38,059 nucleotides of DNA from Candidatus Calescibacterium sp. (GCA_032249135.1 JAVVGL010000019.1:1-38059); one strand, 5' to 3'; shown: positions 19,058-29,217, numbered from the stretch's first letter. Notes: a model not told the origin generated them from the sequence alone. Made by a program: numbers and translations.

Positions 19058-19366
19058 TCCCTTTTGTAATATTAATTTAGTTATATCCTCTTTTACATTT
19101 TCCCAGAGTAAAGATTTTTGTTTCAAAGCGGAAAGGGTTAGAACATCTACTTTTATTCCGAGGATATTTTCAAGATAATCACAGAGTTCATAGAATTTGA
19201 GCCCTATCGGTCTTTCAAGCTCAACAATTATATCTACATCACTTGTTTCATTTTGTTCTCCTCTTGCATAGGATCCAAAGACGCCAACTATTACTACTCC
19301 ATATTTTTCTCTTATTTCTGATTTATGCTCCGCAAGTATTCTCTTTATTTCTTCAAGCGTTTTCAT
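19046..19366 (-). CDS. Minimal nucleotidyltransferase (MNT/MntA-type antitoxin)
   Basis: 106 aa; [16 protein letters not shown] (GSx10DxD), [11 protein letters not shown]. Confidence 0.9.
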   Translation of the reverse strand: MKTLEEIKRILAEHKSEIREKYGVVIVGVFGSYARGEQNETSDVDIIVELERPIGLKFYELCDYLENILGIKVDVLTLSALKQKSLLWENVKEDITKLILQKGVEE

Positions 19367-19374
19367 TCTTCAAC
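19360..19374. repeat. 15-bp direct repeat, copy 2 (TTTTCATTCTTCAAC)
   Basis: Spans the MTase-N stop and MNT start. Confidence 0.8.
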
Positions 19375-20820
19375 CTCCACTGGTGGAATTTGGGTAAGAT
19401 GAGAAAGAACATTAAGAATCCAGTCCATAGCTGATTGCCAGTCTGCATTACCGCCAAAAGGATTAACTTCTGAATAGTCCCAGGTCATAGCCAAAGCTTG
19501 TCTGCCCATACCTGGATTTACTAATTCTCTTGTATTATGCCAATAGCCAAACATAGTAGCATAAATTGCCAACCTATTTACCCCCAACCCCAAATAGCTC
19601 ACCACTGCTTTTGCGTATTCTTTATCGTATCCTTCTTCAATCATTTTTTTATAAGCGAGGCGGACTTTTTCTGTGAATGTAATCAAAGCAAGTTTCTGGC
19701 GGGAGTTGAAAAGGTCACCCCAAACTTTAAAACCGTAGCCTCTTCCTGCAACAGTTGTCGGGTCATCTTGGTTCATTTCTTCATCTGGCACAGGGTCGAT
19801 TCCCCATTCTTCCATCAATTTTTTTCTTTTTTCTTCAAGGTATTTTTCTGCGGATTTGAAAATCTTCAAGTCGTTTTCTGTTGCCAATCTATAAATTTTT
19901 CCCTTTGCTCGTGGGTGGTGTAGAACAACTGCGACCATTCTTTGACCTGCTTTTCCATCTTGGAAAAGTTTTCTTACTGTTTTATCATCTTGGGTTGAGC
20001 CACAGACGAGACACGACGCAATTGCTCTGCTTATCGTTCCTTTTTCAGGTTCAAAGTCAAGAGGGAAATTATTATCTTGTCCTACAATTTCAAATTCAAC
20101 TTTTTTATCTTTTATAATGGGTTTTAGAGCAATTTTTCTCGTATCTTTTTTTGCAAGCCAGAATTGTCTCATCAAAGGAATTTCAGCTCCACAGGATGGA
20201 TTTTGGCAAGGAATTGTTCTTGCCCAGATGTATCCCACAGGTATTGAGCCATCTTCATCGTTTGGGTAGAATTTCCCTATCTCTTTTTTTGCTTCTTCTA
20301 AAACCCAATTTCCCCATTTTTTTACATCTTCAAGCAAAGGAATTTCAATCCATCCATCTTTTGTTTTTTGAGGTCTTCCGTATTTTTGTGGGTATTCAAG
20401 TGTGCATTTTAATATTAAGACGGCAACGGGGTTATATTCATTGGCGTATGTCTCCATTCCGAGTCGCAGGCATTCAAGAGGTATAGAACCACCGCCTGCG
20501 AATGGGTCTAAAACTTTGAGAGTTTTTCCGCCGTTTGCTTCTAAAATATCTTTTCTTGCTTTTTCAATTATCGTTTTATTCAGAGAGTTTTCCCATTTTG
20601 CAAGGTTTTCTATAAACTGTTTTTTTGTGTCCCATTCCAAATTGTTTTCAGGAGCCGGAATTAGTGCAGCATAAGCCGTAGCTCTTGAAGATGCTAATGG
20701 TCTTCTTGCCCACCATATATGCAAGGTTGAAATATGCCCGTGTCTTATGTTTTTTTCTCTTGATGATTCTTCGCTAACTTCTTTGACGGGGAAACTTACT
20801 TCAATAAAGCTTTTTTTCAT
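19363..20820 (-). CDS. N-terminal half of a split DUF1156 adenine methyltransferase
   Basis: [13 protein letters not shown]-binding [10 protein letters not shown], Zn-ribbon-like [28 protein letters not shown]. No DPPY motif. Confidence 0.88.
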   Translation of the reverse strand: MKKSFIEVSFPVKEVSEESSREKNIRHGHISTLHIWWARRPLASSRATAYAALIPAPENNLEWDTKKQFIENLAKWENSLNKTIIEKARKDILEANGGKTLKVLDPFAGGGSIPLECLRLGMETYANEYNPVAVLILKCTLEYPQKYGRPQKTKDGWIEIPLLEDVKKWGNWVLEEAKKEIGKFYPNDEDGSIPVGYIWARTIPCQNPSCGAEIPLMRQFWLAKKDTRKIALKPIIKDKKVEFEIVGQDNNFPLDFEPEKGTISRAIASCLVCGSTQDDKTVRKLFQDGKAGQRMVAVVLHHPRAKGKIYRLATENDLKIFKSAEKYLEEKRKKLMEEWGIDPVPDEEMNQDDPTTVAGRGYGFKVWGDLFNSRQKLALITFTEKVRLAYKKMIEEGYDKEYAKAVVSYLGLGVNRLAIYATMFGYWHNTRELVNPGMGRQALAMTWDYSEVNPFGGNADWQSAMDWILNVLSHLTQIPPVEVEE

Positions 20821-20866
20821 AATTTTTCACTTTTTATTTCTTCTAAAATTTTTATATAATTTTAGT

Positions 20867-21094
20867 TTAAGTTCTGGGAATATAAATAGTTTCTTTGAAA
20901 ATATATTCTTTGAGTTCTTCTCTCACTGTATCATAGGGAACAACATCAACTTTTTTAATTCCGAGTTTTTCTTCAAGAAAGAGAGCAAGTCCAACAAATT
21001 CAAATAATTTTGCTTTTTTATAAAATTTCACAAGCACATCAAGGTCGCTTTTTTTCTTTTGTTCTCCTCTTGCGTAGGATCCGAAAATACTCAT
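20867..21094 (-). pseudogene. 5'-truncated second MNT nucleotidyltransferase
   Basis: [30 protein letters not shown]. Lacks the ~25-aa N-terminal segment present in the first MNT. Confidence 0.7.
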
Positions 21095-21154
21095 ATTTCC
21101 ATTATTTAATTTAGTTTTGTCTGTATTTTTTATCTTTTATTTTTCATAGTAAAT

Positions 21155-24100
21155 TCAAGCTTGTTTTAGCAAAGCTTTCATACCTTTTTTCTTGCATTCT
21201 TCTGATGTTATAATGAAGCGGACTTCTCTTTTTTCTTGCATTTTGAGTTTTTCAGCTGGATTGTTTATTATAAGCAATTCAGGGTTTGAGACTGCGTTAT
21301 AGACCACATATAACCAGTATTGTTCTTTAAATCTTTCGGCATAATTTTTTTCGTTGAGGGTTAAAGCTACTGGTCCCTCATCTTTTCTTGTTTTGACTTC
21401 TATGTATCTTATTTCATTTTTGCCTTTTGACCTTATATCATATCCTAAATTTTCTTTTGATACATCTTCTGGTTCTCTGCCTTGACTTTTTTCATATTCC
21501 ATAGCTATTTTCATACCAATTTTTTCTATTTCCTCACTACTTACCATATCATCGGATTCAGAAGAAGAAGGTTTGATGTAGATTGCACCTAAAAATTTTG
21601 GCTCTGAGATTGATAGAGATACTTCTTGTTCTATTTCTTTTTCCAATTTTCGTTTTGCTTCTTCATATTGCCTTTTTCTTTCACTTTTATTTGATATAAC
21701 TAAATCAACTTTTTCACCTTTTTCTTTCCTCTCTTGTAGTTTAAGTATTTCTCCATCAAGTTCTTCTATGAGATATTCAAGTGATTTTAATCCATATTTT
21801 CTCTTTATTTCTTTTTGTCTCTCTCTTTCTTTTGATATTTCTTTTTTGTAATCTTCTAAAACTTCTATGGAAAATCTTTGAGCTTTGACTTTTCTTTCTT
21901 CAAGTTGGCTTTTGCTGATTTCAAAAGATTTATCGGGTTCATCAATTGGAATAAGGTCCCACACTATTGCAGGGTTGATGGGTTGAAGATTTTTTCCATC
22001 GTCGTATATTGCCAGGATTTTTTTGCCAGCTATATTTCCTGTTCCGTCTTTGACTTCTCCTTCAAAGAACCAAACTATACCATTATATTTGCAAGATGGG
22101 TCTTCAAATACTGCGCCTTTTTTGAGTTTATCCTCATAATTTTTATGTATGTATTCTATGAGGGCTTCAAGGATAGGGTGTCCAAAAGATATGAATTCAG
22201 AGTCCGGATTTTTGAAAGCTTTTTCTTTGTCAAAAGTTACTTTTGTGTATGACTTCATAGGTTCTCCGTATTGTGCTTTGAAATTAGGGTCATCAGCGAT
22301 TTGCTTTATTTCATAAGGTATGGACTCTATTTTGATAAATCCATCTTTTTTTATAGAGAATTCTCCTCCTATTTTTTCAAATGCCTTTTTGAAAAATCCC
22401 TCAACATATTCTGGAATTAGTCTATATTCTTTTGCTTTTTGGGTTATTTCTTTTATTTTTGTGTAGTCAATATGTTTTGTGGCAAGGCTTTGTCCGAGAG
22501 CATCTTTGATTTTACTTATGTATTCTTCATCAACTTTTATATCTATCTCGTTGATTATTTCATCAAGGTTTTTCGCGTTTGCGACTGCATCTAAAATGAG
22601 TTGATATAGATTTTTTCCTTGGAATATTTCTCCTATGACATCAAAGACTTTGTCGCTTCCTAATGCTTCTCTGATTTCGTCAAGTTTTTCAAGTATTTTT
22701 ATCAAAACTATTCCTTCTCTTGTATCTTCTGCGACGAGGTTGAATATATATACATCTTTTTGTTGTCCGTATCTGTGGATTCTACCCATTCTTTGTTCAA
22801 GTCTTGTTGGGTTCCATGGAATATCGTAGTTTATCATGATATGGCAGAATTGGAGATTTATACCTTCACCTGCTGCCTCTGTTGCGACCATGATTTGAGT
22901 TTGATCTCTGAAAACTTTTTCAGCTCTTATTCTTTCTTCTAATGACATGTCACCGTGTATGAAGTTGACGGAATATCCCCAGGATTCAATCTTTTTAACT
23001 AAATAATCAAGTGTATCTTTTGATTCGGTGAAGATGAGAATTTTTTCATTTCCTTGAATTTCTCTTATTCTTTTTAATCCTTCTTCTATTGCTTTCTTTA
23101 ATTCGGTTAGTTTTATTTCGTTTTCTTCTTTGATAATTTCATTTGCTTTTTCTATTAGATCTTCAATTGTGTTGATTTCCTGTTGGAGTTCTTCTTTTGT
23201 TTCTGCGAGGCTTAATGTTTCCCATTCTTTTTCTTTTTCCCATCTTTCCTGCTCGCTGTATTCTTCAAATTCTTCAATATCAAAAACAGAGTATGATTTT
23301 TCTTTTTCTAATTCGTTTTTTTTGAGTAGTTCTTCAAGTCTTTGTTTTCTTCTTTCAAGTGATTTCAAAAGGGCATATGTGCTTGAAGCCATTCTTCTTT
23401 GCAAAATCAAGAGAGCAAATGCAACATTCCTCTTTTTATCTTTTTGCAATGCCTTACTGTATTGGGAGATAACATATTTTGAAAGCTCATTATATAATTT
23501 TTTTTCTTTGTCAGATAGTCTGAACTTTATAGTTTTTGGATAGCGGTTTGTAAAGATACGTTTCCCTTCAAGGTCCGTTAAATCTTCTTTTAATCTTCTT
23601 ATGAATAGAGGATTATCTTTATTATTTATTGATTCTTGAATGAGTTTATCTGTTGCAAAAAATCCCGGTATCAGCAGGTCTAAAAATAGCCTGAAATTTT
23701 CTGGGTCTCCTTTGTGTGGAGTTGCAGTAAGGAAAAGAAGATGAGTTGATGTCTTTGATAACACTTCCCCTAATTCATATCTATCTGTTTTTGAAGTTTT
23801 ATCTCCGTATCTATAAGCAGCCATTTTATGTGCTTCATCTACAATAACGAGGTCCCAGTGGGTACTTGATAGAGAAGGTAAAATATCTTCTTGTTTTGCG
23901 AAATCCATTGAGGTGATAACCTGATTTTTTATCTCCCATGGGTTTTCTCCATATAAGCTGTTCATTAAACTTCTGTTGACTTCAAGGAATGTTTCTTGAA
24001 ATTTTTCTTTCATTTCTCTTATCCATTGGTCTTTGAGGTGTCCGGGAACTACTATGAGGATACGTTTTGCAAGTCCTCTTAATTTTAGTTCTTTTAGTAT

Positions 24101-24538
24101 GAGTCCTGCCATAATAGTTTTGCCGGCTCCGGGGTCATCTGCTATAAGAAATCTTATTTTTGGGAGCTTTAATGCATATCCGTAAACAGCTTCTATTTGG
24201 AAGGGTAGTGGGTCAATTTTTGAGGTGTTGAGAGCTAAAAAGGGGTCAAAGAGAGAGGCGTATCTGAAGCGGATTGCTTCAATGGCTAAAAATACATCAG
24301 AGGCTTTTGAGGAAAAATCTAATTCTGAGACTTTTGCTTTTATTTTTTTGAGGTCTTCTTTATTCAATATTTGAGTGCCGAAAACAGAGGTTTTTGTATT
24401 AATATATCCGATTTTGATTATGAGGTTTTCTTCATTTCTTTCAATTTCTTCTACTTCAATTATTTCAACGGGGTCTGGCCAGAAAGGACCTTCAATTATT
24501 GCCCCTTTTTTAAATAGTTCTTGGGGTGATTTTTCCAT
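21155..24538 (-). CDS. SNF2-family helicase with C-terminal DUF3883 (PD-(D/E)xK) nuclease
   Basis: LIADDPGAGKT, DEAH, LTATPH, EGINLQ, PWNPTRLEQRMGRIHRYGQ; C-terminal GYDIRS...YIEVK...YWLYVV. Confidence 0.9.
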   Translation of the reverse strand: MEKSPQELFKKGAIIEGPFWPDPVEIIEVEEIERNEENLIIKIGYINTKTSVFGTQILNKEDLKKIKAKVSELDFSSKASDVFLAIEAIRFRYASLFDPFLALNTSKIDPLPFQIEAVYGYALKLPKIRFLIADDPGAGKTIMAGLILKELKLRGLAKRILIVVPGHLKDQWIREMKEKFQETFLEVNRSLMNSLYGENPWEIKNQVITSMDFAKQEDILPSLSSTHWDLVIVDEAHKMAAYRYGDKTSKTDRYELGEVLSKTSTHLLFLTATPHKGDPENFRLFLDLLIPGFFATDKLIQESINNKDNPLFIRRLKEDLTDLEGKRIFTNRYPKTIKFRLSDKEKKLYNELSKYVISQYSKALQKDKKRNVAFALLILQRRMASSTYALLKSLERRKQRLEELLKKNELEKEKSYSVFDIEEFEEYSEQERWEKEKEWETLSLAETKEELQQEINTIEDLIEKANEIIKEENEIKLTELKKAIEEGLKRIREIQGNEKILIFTESKDTLDYLVKKIESWGYSVNFIHGDMSLEERIRAEKVFRDQTQIMVATEAAGEGINLQFCHIMINYDIPWNPTRLEQRMGRIHRYGQQKDVYIFNLVAEDTREGIVLIKILEKLDEIREALGSDKVFDVIGEIFQGKNLYQLILDAVANAKNLDEIINEIDIKVDEEYISKIKDALGQSLATKHIDYTKIKEITQKAKEYRLIPEYVEGFFKKAFEKIGGEFSIKKDGFIKIESIPYEIKQIADDPNFKAQYGEPMKSYTKVTFDKEKAFKNPDSEFISFGHPILEALIEYIHKNYEDKLKKGAVFEDPSCKYNGIVWFFEGEVKDGTGNIAGKKILAIYDDGKNLQPINPAIVWDLIPIDEPDKSFEISKSQLEERKVKAQRFSIEVLEDYKKEISKERERQKEIKRKYGLKSLEYLIEELDGEILKLQERKEKGEKVDLVISNKSERKRQYEEAKRKLEKEIEQEVSLSISEPKFLGAIYIKPSSSESDDMVSSEEIEKIGMKIAMEYEKSQGREPEDVSKENLGYDIRSKGKNEIRYIEVKTRKDEGPVALTLNEKNYAERFKEQYWLYVVYNAVSNPELLIINNPAEKLKMQEKREVRFIITSEECKKKGMKALLKQA

Positions 24539-24619
24539 AGTAAAAATTGATTTTTCTAAAAAATTTAATTACTTTTGTGAATTTTTTGTGGGATTATTGA
24601 AATGGAAAACATAGCGAAA

Positions 24620-25148
24620 TTAGCAATCATATTTTTCAATGAAATACTTAAATGATGTATTTTTCTGCTTTGCTACTTCTATGGAAAAATTTTTCAGAAT
24701 TTCTGACATAAAATCTATTCTATCAAATTTTTTGGGTATCAAATTGTTAAATTCTTCCTTGGTAATGTTGTTTGTATTTTCTATGACCTTGATTTTAAGT
24801 TTTTTGCAGTGTTTATTGTCTATTCCTGCAAGGTACCAACTTTCTATTTCTTTTATAATAACAATGATTCTATCTATTTCTACATTTTTTAACTTTCTTT
24901 TTATTTCTTCCTTTTTGCGGTTACGCAGGGAGATTGGTCAATATCTACGACATAAAAATAATCAGCTCCCATTGATTTGATACTTCTGATGAAGTTAGAA
25001 ATTTTTTCTGTTTTTTGTTGGGCGTATTTCCATATTTTTACTGTGCCATATTTTTTTTGAAATTTTGGAACTATAATTTTTTGAAAAAATCTTTCGTCAT
25101 CGTTGACTTCTACGAAGAAAAAATAAGTAGTTTATATTTTGTGCTCAC
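24620..25148 (-). pseudogene. Frameshifted TOPRIM-like protein partnered with the ABC ATPase (absent from the ORF track)
   Basis: GTG 25148 overlaps the ATPase stop (GTGA). Stitched translation: ...FFVEVNDDERFF...YFYVVDIDQSPC...IIVIIKEIESWYLAG...SFKYFIEKYDC*. Frame changes near 25120 and 24914. Confidence 0.7.
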
Positions 25149-26414
25149 AATTCCAATAGATTTTGTATATAAAGTTCTTCAATTCCTATTTCATTTTTTA
25201 GAAATGTTTTTACATTTTCTTTTTCGGATGGTCTGGAAATGACGGAGAATCCTTCTTTATCTCGTGAGATAAGTAAGAGGTTTTCTAAATCTGCGAGTTT
25301 TACTATCTCGGGATTGTGAGTTGAAACGAGAATTTGAATGTTGTTGGATGCGTCTTTCATCATTTCTACTACTTTTGATATAAGATAAGGATGTATATTT
25401 CTTTCGGGTTCTTCAATTATGGTTAAGGGTTTCTTCTCAAAAAATAAAGCTATAATTAAGGCAGTTATATTTATGGTCCCATCAGAGATCAGAGATGCCG
25501 GCAAATACTGTTTTTTATTGTAAGATTCCTTCAATTTAAACAGCAGAGATTTATCAGCAAATTTCTCCACGGACAAATTATCTACGAAGGGTAAAAGGTC
25601 TTTCACTAAGTTAGAAAGCTTTCTTTTCTTTTCTTTATCTCCTAATATATTTTTTAGAACTATTGCGAGATTACTTCCATCCTCTTCAAGTTCAGTTTTC
25701 CCAGTTATTGGGGTAGCTTTTTTAGGAAGTTTTGGATCAAAATCATATATTGCAATACCCCGATTGAATAAATCGGAAATTGGTGGATTGATTATCAGGA
25801 TGGGAGGAAACTCAATGAGTAAAGTTTTTGATCTAAAATTTATATTTTCAAAATACGGTAAAGATATATCATCTTTTTTTATTTCCAGTCCTCCGGTTAT
25901 TTCAGCTTTGATTTTACCGTTTGCAACAGAAAATATAATCTCTCCTTTCCCAAAGTTTTTTTCTTCTTCTATTTTACCGTTCTTTGACCTCTCTACCTGA
26001 ACAAGATTTCCTCTATGTATTAATTTATCTTCAACAATTTCAAATTCTTTCCGTTTCTTGCTAAATCTCAGAGTGAATCTATAAGCTATTTCATAGGTTT
26101 CTACCATAAGGCTTTTTTCTTTTATTATTACTGGCCAGCTTTTAAATGGTCGGTCAGGGATTACTTCTATTTCTATTGAGAGATTCTCATATGGACCAAT
26201 ATTTATGTTTGTTAAGATAATCTACTCCACCTTGTATAGATATTGCATTATCTAAACCATAGTTCCTTATATCTCTGAGGAACTTAAAGATTTGTATAAA
26301 ATTAGATTTTCCAGATGCGTTTGGTCCAATTAATACATTAAATTTTCCAAGTCCAACCTCTAAATCTTTGAAGCTTTTGAAATTTTTTACTTTTATTTTC
26401 CTTATTATGGTCAT
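25145..26414 (-). pseudogene. ABC-type ATPase (AAA_15/AAA_21-like) with a +1 frameshift near 26212
   Basis: The 5' ORF has KNFKSF and Walker A GPNASGKSN. The 3' ORF has ISDGT, IEEPERNIHP and STHNP, and its frame is open back to ~26212 (TNINIGPYENLSIEIEV...). Confidence 0.85.
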
Positions 26415-26528
26415 ATCCTATTAAAGCGAATTTCCAAATTTTTCAGAAGAAAAATTTATAAAATTTTTCTGCTACATACTAAATTTAGAGTTTTTTGCAA
26501 AAGAAAGGCATTTATAGCCTTTTTATTT

Positions 26529-27605
26529 TTGGTATTAGTCAATATTGATTTTGATGGCAGAAAGGAAATTATGGTGGTGAAGATGAGAGTTTTTATGATA
26601 AGGAAGAATGTGAGATTTTGGGGGTCATTAGGACAGATCGGGAATTTGCTTCAAACAATAATTGTTGCTTTATTTCTGCTAATTCTTTATTTGGTCGGAT
26701 GTGGAAAACCAACTAAAAGCGAATCAGAAAAAGTTGATTTTTCAGAAAAAATAAAACATTACGAGGAGTTAGCTTATAAATTTGCTCCTATATATGTTCA
26801 GACTTTTAAATCAAAATACGATATTCCTACGAATTTTGATTTTGACGGAGATTTTGTAGGAAATAACAATTGGGAGAATGCTGAAAAATTTGAGTTTTCA
26901 CCTTATGTTTATTGGGATGTAAAAGAAAGTGAAAACTTTCTATTTTTCTATTATGCTTTGTTCTATCCCCGGGACTATCTTGAAGATTGTGAAAATCCCC
27001 CGCCTTTTGAGAGCTGTCATGAGAACGATTGGGAACAAATGCTTGTGGTCGTAAAGAAACCGGAAATGAAAACAATTTTGTTTGAAACTTTACCTCATGT
27101 ATTTGATATAGTTTATCTCAAAGATTATTCAGCAGATTTGGTCGTCTCAGGAGTGTTGATGAAAGGAAAAAATCCTCATTTTGTTGATCAAAGACCTATA
27201 ATTTTCATCGAGTGGGGAGGACATGGTCAATATGGCTCTCCAGAAGATATAGCTGAAAAAGAATTCTTCTCTTTTGAAAGCACGAAAGTTCTTGTTCCAG
27301 AAAAATTTGATTTTGATCTCAAATCAGATTCTGTTCTAAAATACAAGCTCATATATATTTATGATGTTTTCTGGCCAAGAAAAGATGATGTAGGAGAAGG
27401 TAAGACTTTTGATAACTATTTTGAATTTGAGGTAGAGGGTATTCACTTTAAGCTCCCCAAAAATTTTGATGGTGATGTTCCAGAAAAAGGAAAGTTTGTA
27501 GAAGATGCTGCATCAGCTCCTTGGTATGCTCATTCTGTGCCGGGAGAGGAAGGAATATGGTTTGTTCATCCTGTTGAGATTTTGAAAAAAATGAGGAATT
27601 ATTAG
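26529..27605 (+). CDS. Predicted lipoprotein of unknown function (true start probably downstream of 26529)
   Basis: Hydrophobic stretch plus lipobox LVGC; motifs FDGDFVGNNNWEN, HENDWE, EWGGHG. Confidence 0.6.
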   Translation: MVLVNIDFDGRKEIMVVKMRVFMIRKNVRFWGSLGQIGNLLQTIIVALFLLILYLVGCGKPTKSESEKVDFSEKIKHYEELAYKFAPIYVQTFKSKYDIPTNFDFDGDFVGNNNWENAEKFEFSPYVYWDVKESENFLFFYYALFYPRDYLEDCENPPPFESCHENDWEQMLVVVKKPEMKTILFETLPHVFDIVYLKDYSADLVVSGVLMKGKNPHFVDQRPIIFIEWGGHGQYGSPEDIAEKEFFSFESTKVLVPEKFDFDLKSDSVLKYKLIYIYDVFWPRKDDVGEGKTFDNYFEFEVEGIHFKLPKNFDGDVPEKGKFVEDAASAPWYAHSVPGEEGIWFVHPVEILKKMRNY

Positions 27606-27671
27606 CTCCGGTGCACAGGAAAAATATCTGTTTAATCCGTATATAGATGTGAAGTAAAAAAATTTTTAGTT

Positions 27672-29174
27672 ATGAGTAGTATAGAAATTCAGCGAGTTGA
27701 AACCGGGGGTTTAGAATCTGTTTTAGATTGCCTTCACTCACCCTCTTCTTTTCTGAAAAAGTTTTTAGGTAAAGATGAGATTTCTCATTTTTTGACGGTA
27801 GATGAGCTTGAAGATTATGATTTTTGGTGGCAAGAAAAAGGAGAGAGTCTTTCTGAATCTGTTGATAAATCAAAGACTCCTTGGCTCAAAATGTATGATG
27901 AATCAGGTAAAAGAATAGATAAAATAGAATACATTTCAGAATACTGGGATCTGCTTTATGAAGGATACAAAAGAGGAATAATAGATAAGGTTTTTGAGAG
28001 AGATTCGGTAAAACCATTTTATTACATGCTCTATATAATTACATTCTATGACGCGGGTCTTGGGTGTCCATATACTGTCTCTTTATCTACTGCTATCCCT
28101 ATATCAAAGTATGCTGATGAGAAAATGAAATCTGAACTTTTACCGAAGATGAGAAGGAAAGGAAGAGATGTTTGGCAAGGTGCAACATGGATGACAGAAA
28201 TAAAAGGTGGTTCAGATCTTGGATTTTCTGTTGAAACGAGAGCATATGAGAAAGATGGAAAGTGGTTTCTTGATGGAGAAAAATATTTTGCGTCTAATGT
28301 TGGAGCAGAATTAGCTGTTGTTGCTGCAAGACCAGATGGAGCTCCTCGGAATGTTAAAGGGCTTGCTCTGTTTCTTATAAAAAAATTCAGAGAGGATGGG
28401 AGCTTAAACTACTTTATAAGAAGGTTAAAAAACAAAATAGGAACAAGATCTGTCCCAACGGGTGAGGTTGAATTAAAAAATTCAGAAGCCTATCTTCTTG
28501 GGAAGAGAGAGTGGGGCATATATGAAATTTTAGATGTTCTGAATTCATCGCGTGTTTCAAACATATTCGGTAGTGTTGCAGTGATACAAAGAGCAATCTC
28601 GCTTGCTTACAAATTTGCAAGCCAAAGGTTTGCATTTGGGAAAAATGTGGTGGAGCATCCACTTATGAGAGCTCAGTTTGATGAGAAAGTAAAGGAGCTC
28701 AAAAAATGCTTTGCGTTAGCTTACGATGCAGTTGATTTATATGATAAGGTCTGGAAGGAAACTCCGCCATTTTCAGATAAATTCAATCTTTTCAGACTTA
28801 TATCTCATATTGCGAAATATTACACTGCTGAGGTTGCAATACAGACATCAAAATGGGCTATGGAGGTCTGGGGAGGACTTGGAATTTTAGAAGAATTTCC
28901 GGTTGAAAGACTTTTCAGAGAATCAATAATTCTCTCAATATGGGAGGGAACACCGCACAGGCAAATGTTAGATGGTCTTGAAGTTATTCTGAAAAAGCAA
29001 GGTCATAAGCTTTTATTTGAATATATGAAAGAAAAAGCAAAACAAGACGAGTTCAAAATTGCAAAAATAAAAAAAGTAGAAGAATTTACTCAAAAATTTC
29101 TCGATCTTGACGACAACGAAAGAGAGAAAAATGTTGAAGCACTTTTTAAGGAACTCGCTTCTTTGTGGGAATAA
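27672..29174 (+). CDS. Acyl-CoA dehydrogenase (AidB-like subgroup)
   Basis: GATWMTEIKGGSD, GEKYFAS, RLKNKIGTRSVPTGE, EVWGGLG, IWEGT. Confidence 0.88.
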   Translation: MSSIEIQRVETGGLESVLDCLHSPSSFLKKFLGKDEISHFLTVDELEDYDFWWQEKGESLSESVDKSKTPWLKMYDESGKRIDKIEYISEYWDLLYEGYKRGIIDKVFERDSVKPFYYMLYIITFYDAGLGCPYTVSLSTAIPISKYADEKMKSELLPKMRRKGRDVWQGATWMTEIKGGSDLGFSVETRAYEKDGKWFLDGEKYFASNVGAELAVVAARPDGAPRNVKGLALFLIKKFREDGSLNYFIRRLKNKIGTRSVPTGEVELKNSEAYLLGKREWGIYEILDVLNSSRVSNIFGSVAVIQRAISLAYKFASQRFAFGKNVVEHPLMRAQFDEKVKELKKCFALAYDAVDLYDKVWKETPPFSDKFNLFRLISHIAKYYTAEVAIQTSKWAMEVWGGLGILEEFPVERLFRESIILSIWEGTPHRQMLDGLEVILKKQGHKLLFEYMKEKAKQDEFKIAKIKKVEEFTQKFLDLDDNEREKNVEALFKELASLWE

Positions 29175-29217
29175 ATAATGATGTAAGAAAGTATGAAATA
29201 TATAATGTAAGTATGTT

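Noticed and set aside
19046-19366. Insert as an IS element, intron or intein
   Set aside because: No transposase, terminal inverted repeats or splicing motifs; it encodes only an MNT, and removing it does not fuse the MTase frames.
24639-25242. Plus-strand ORFs of 113 and 75 aa
   Set aside because: Antisense shadows of the minus-strand TOPRIM-like pseudogene and the ATPase end.
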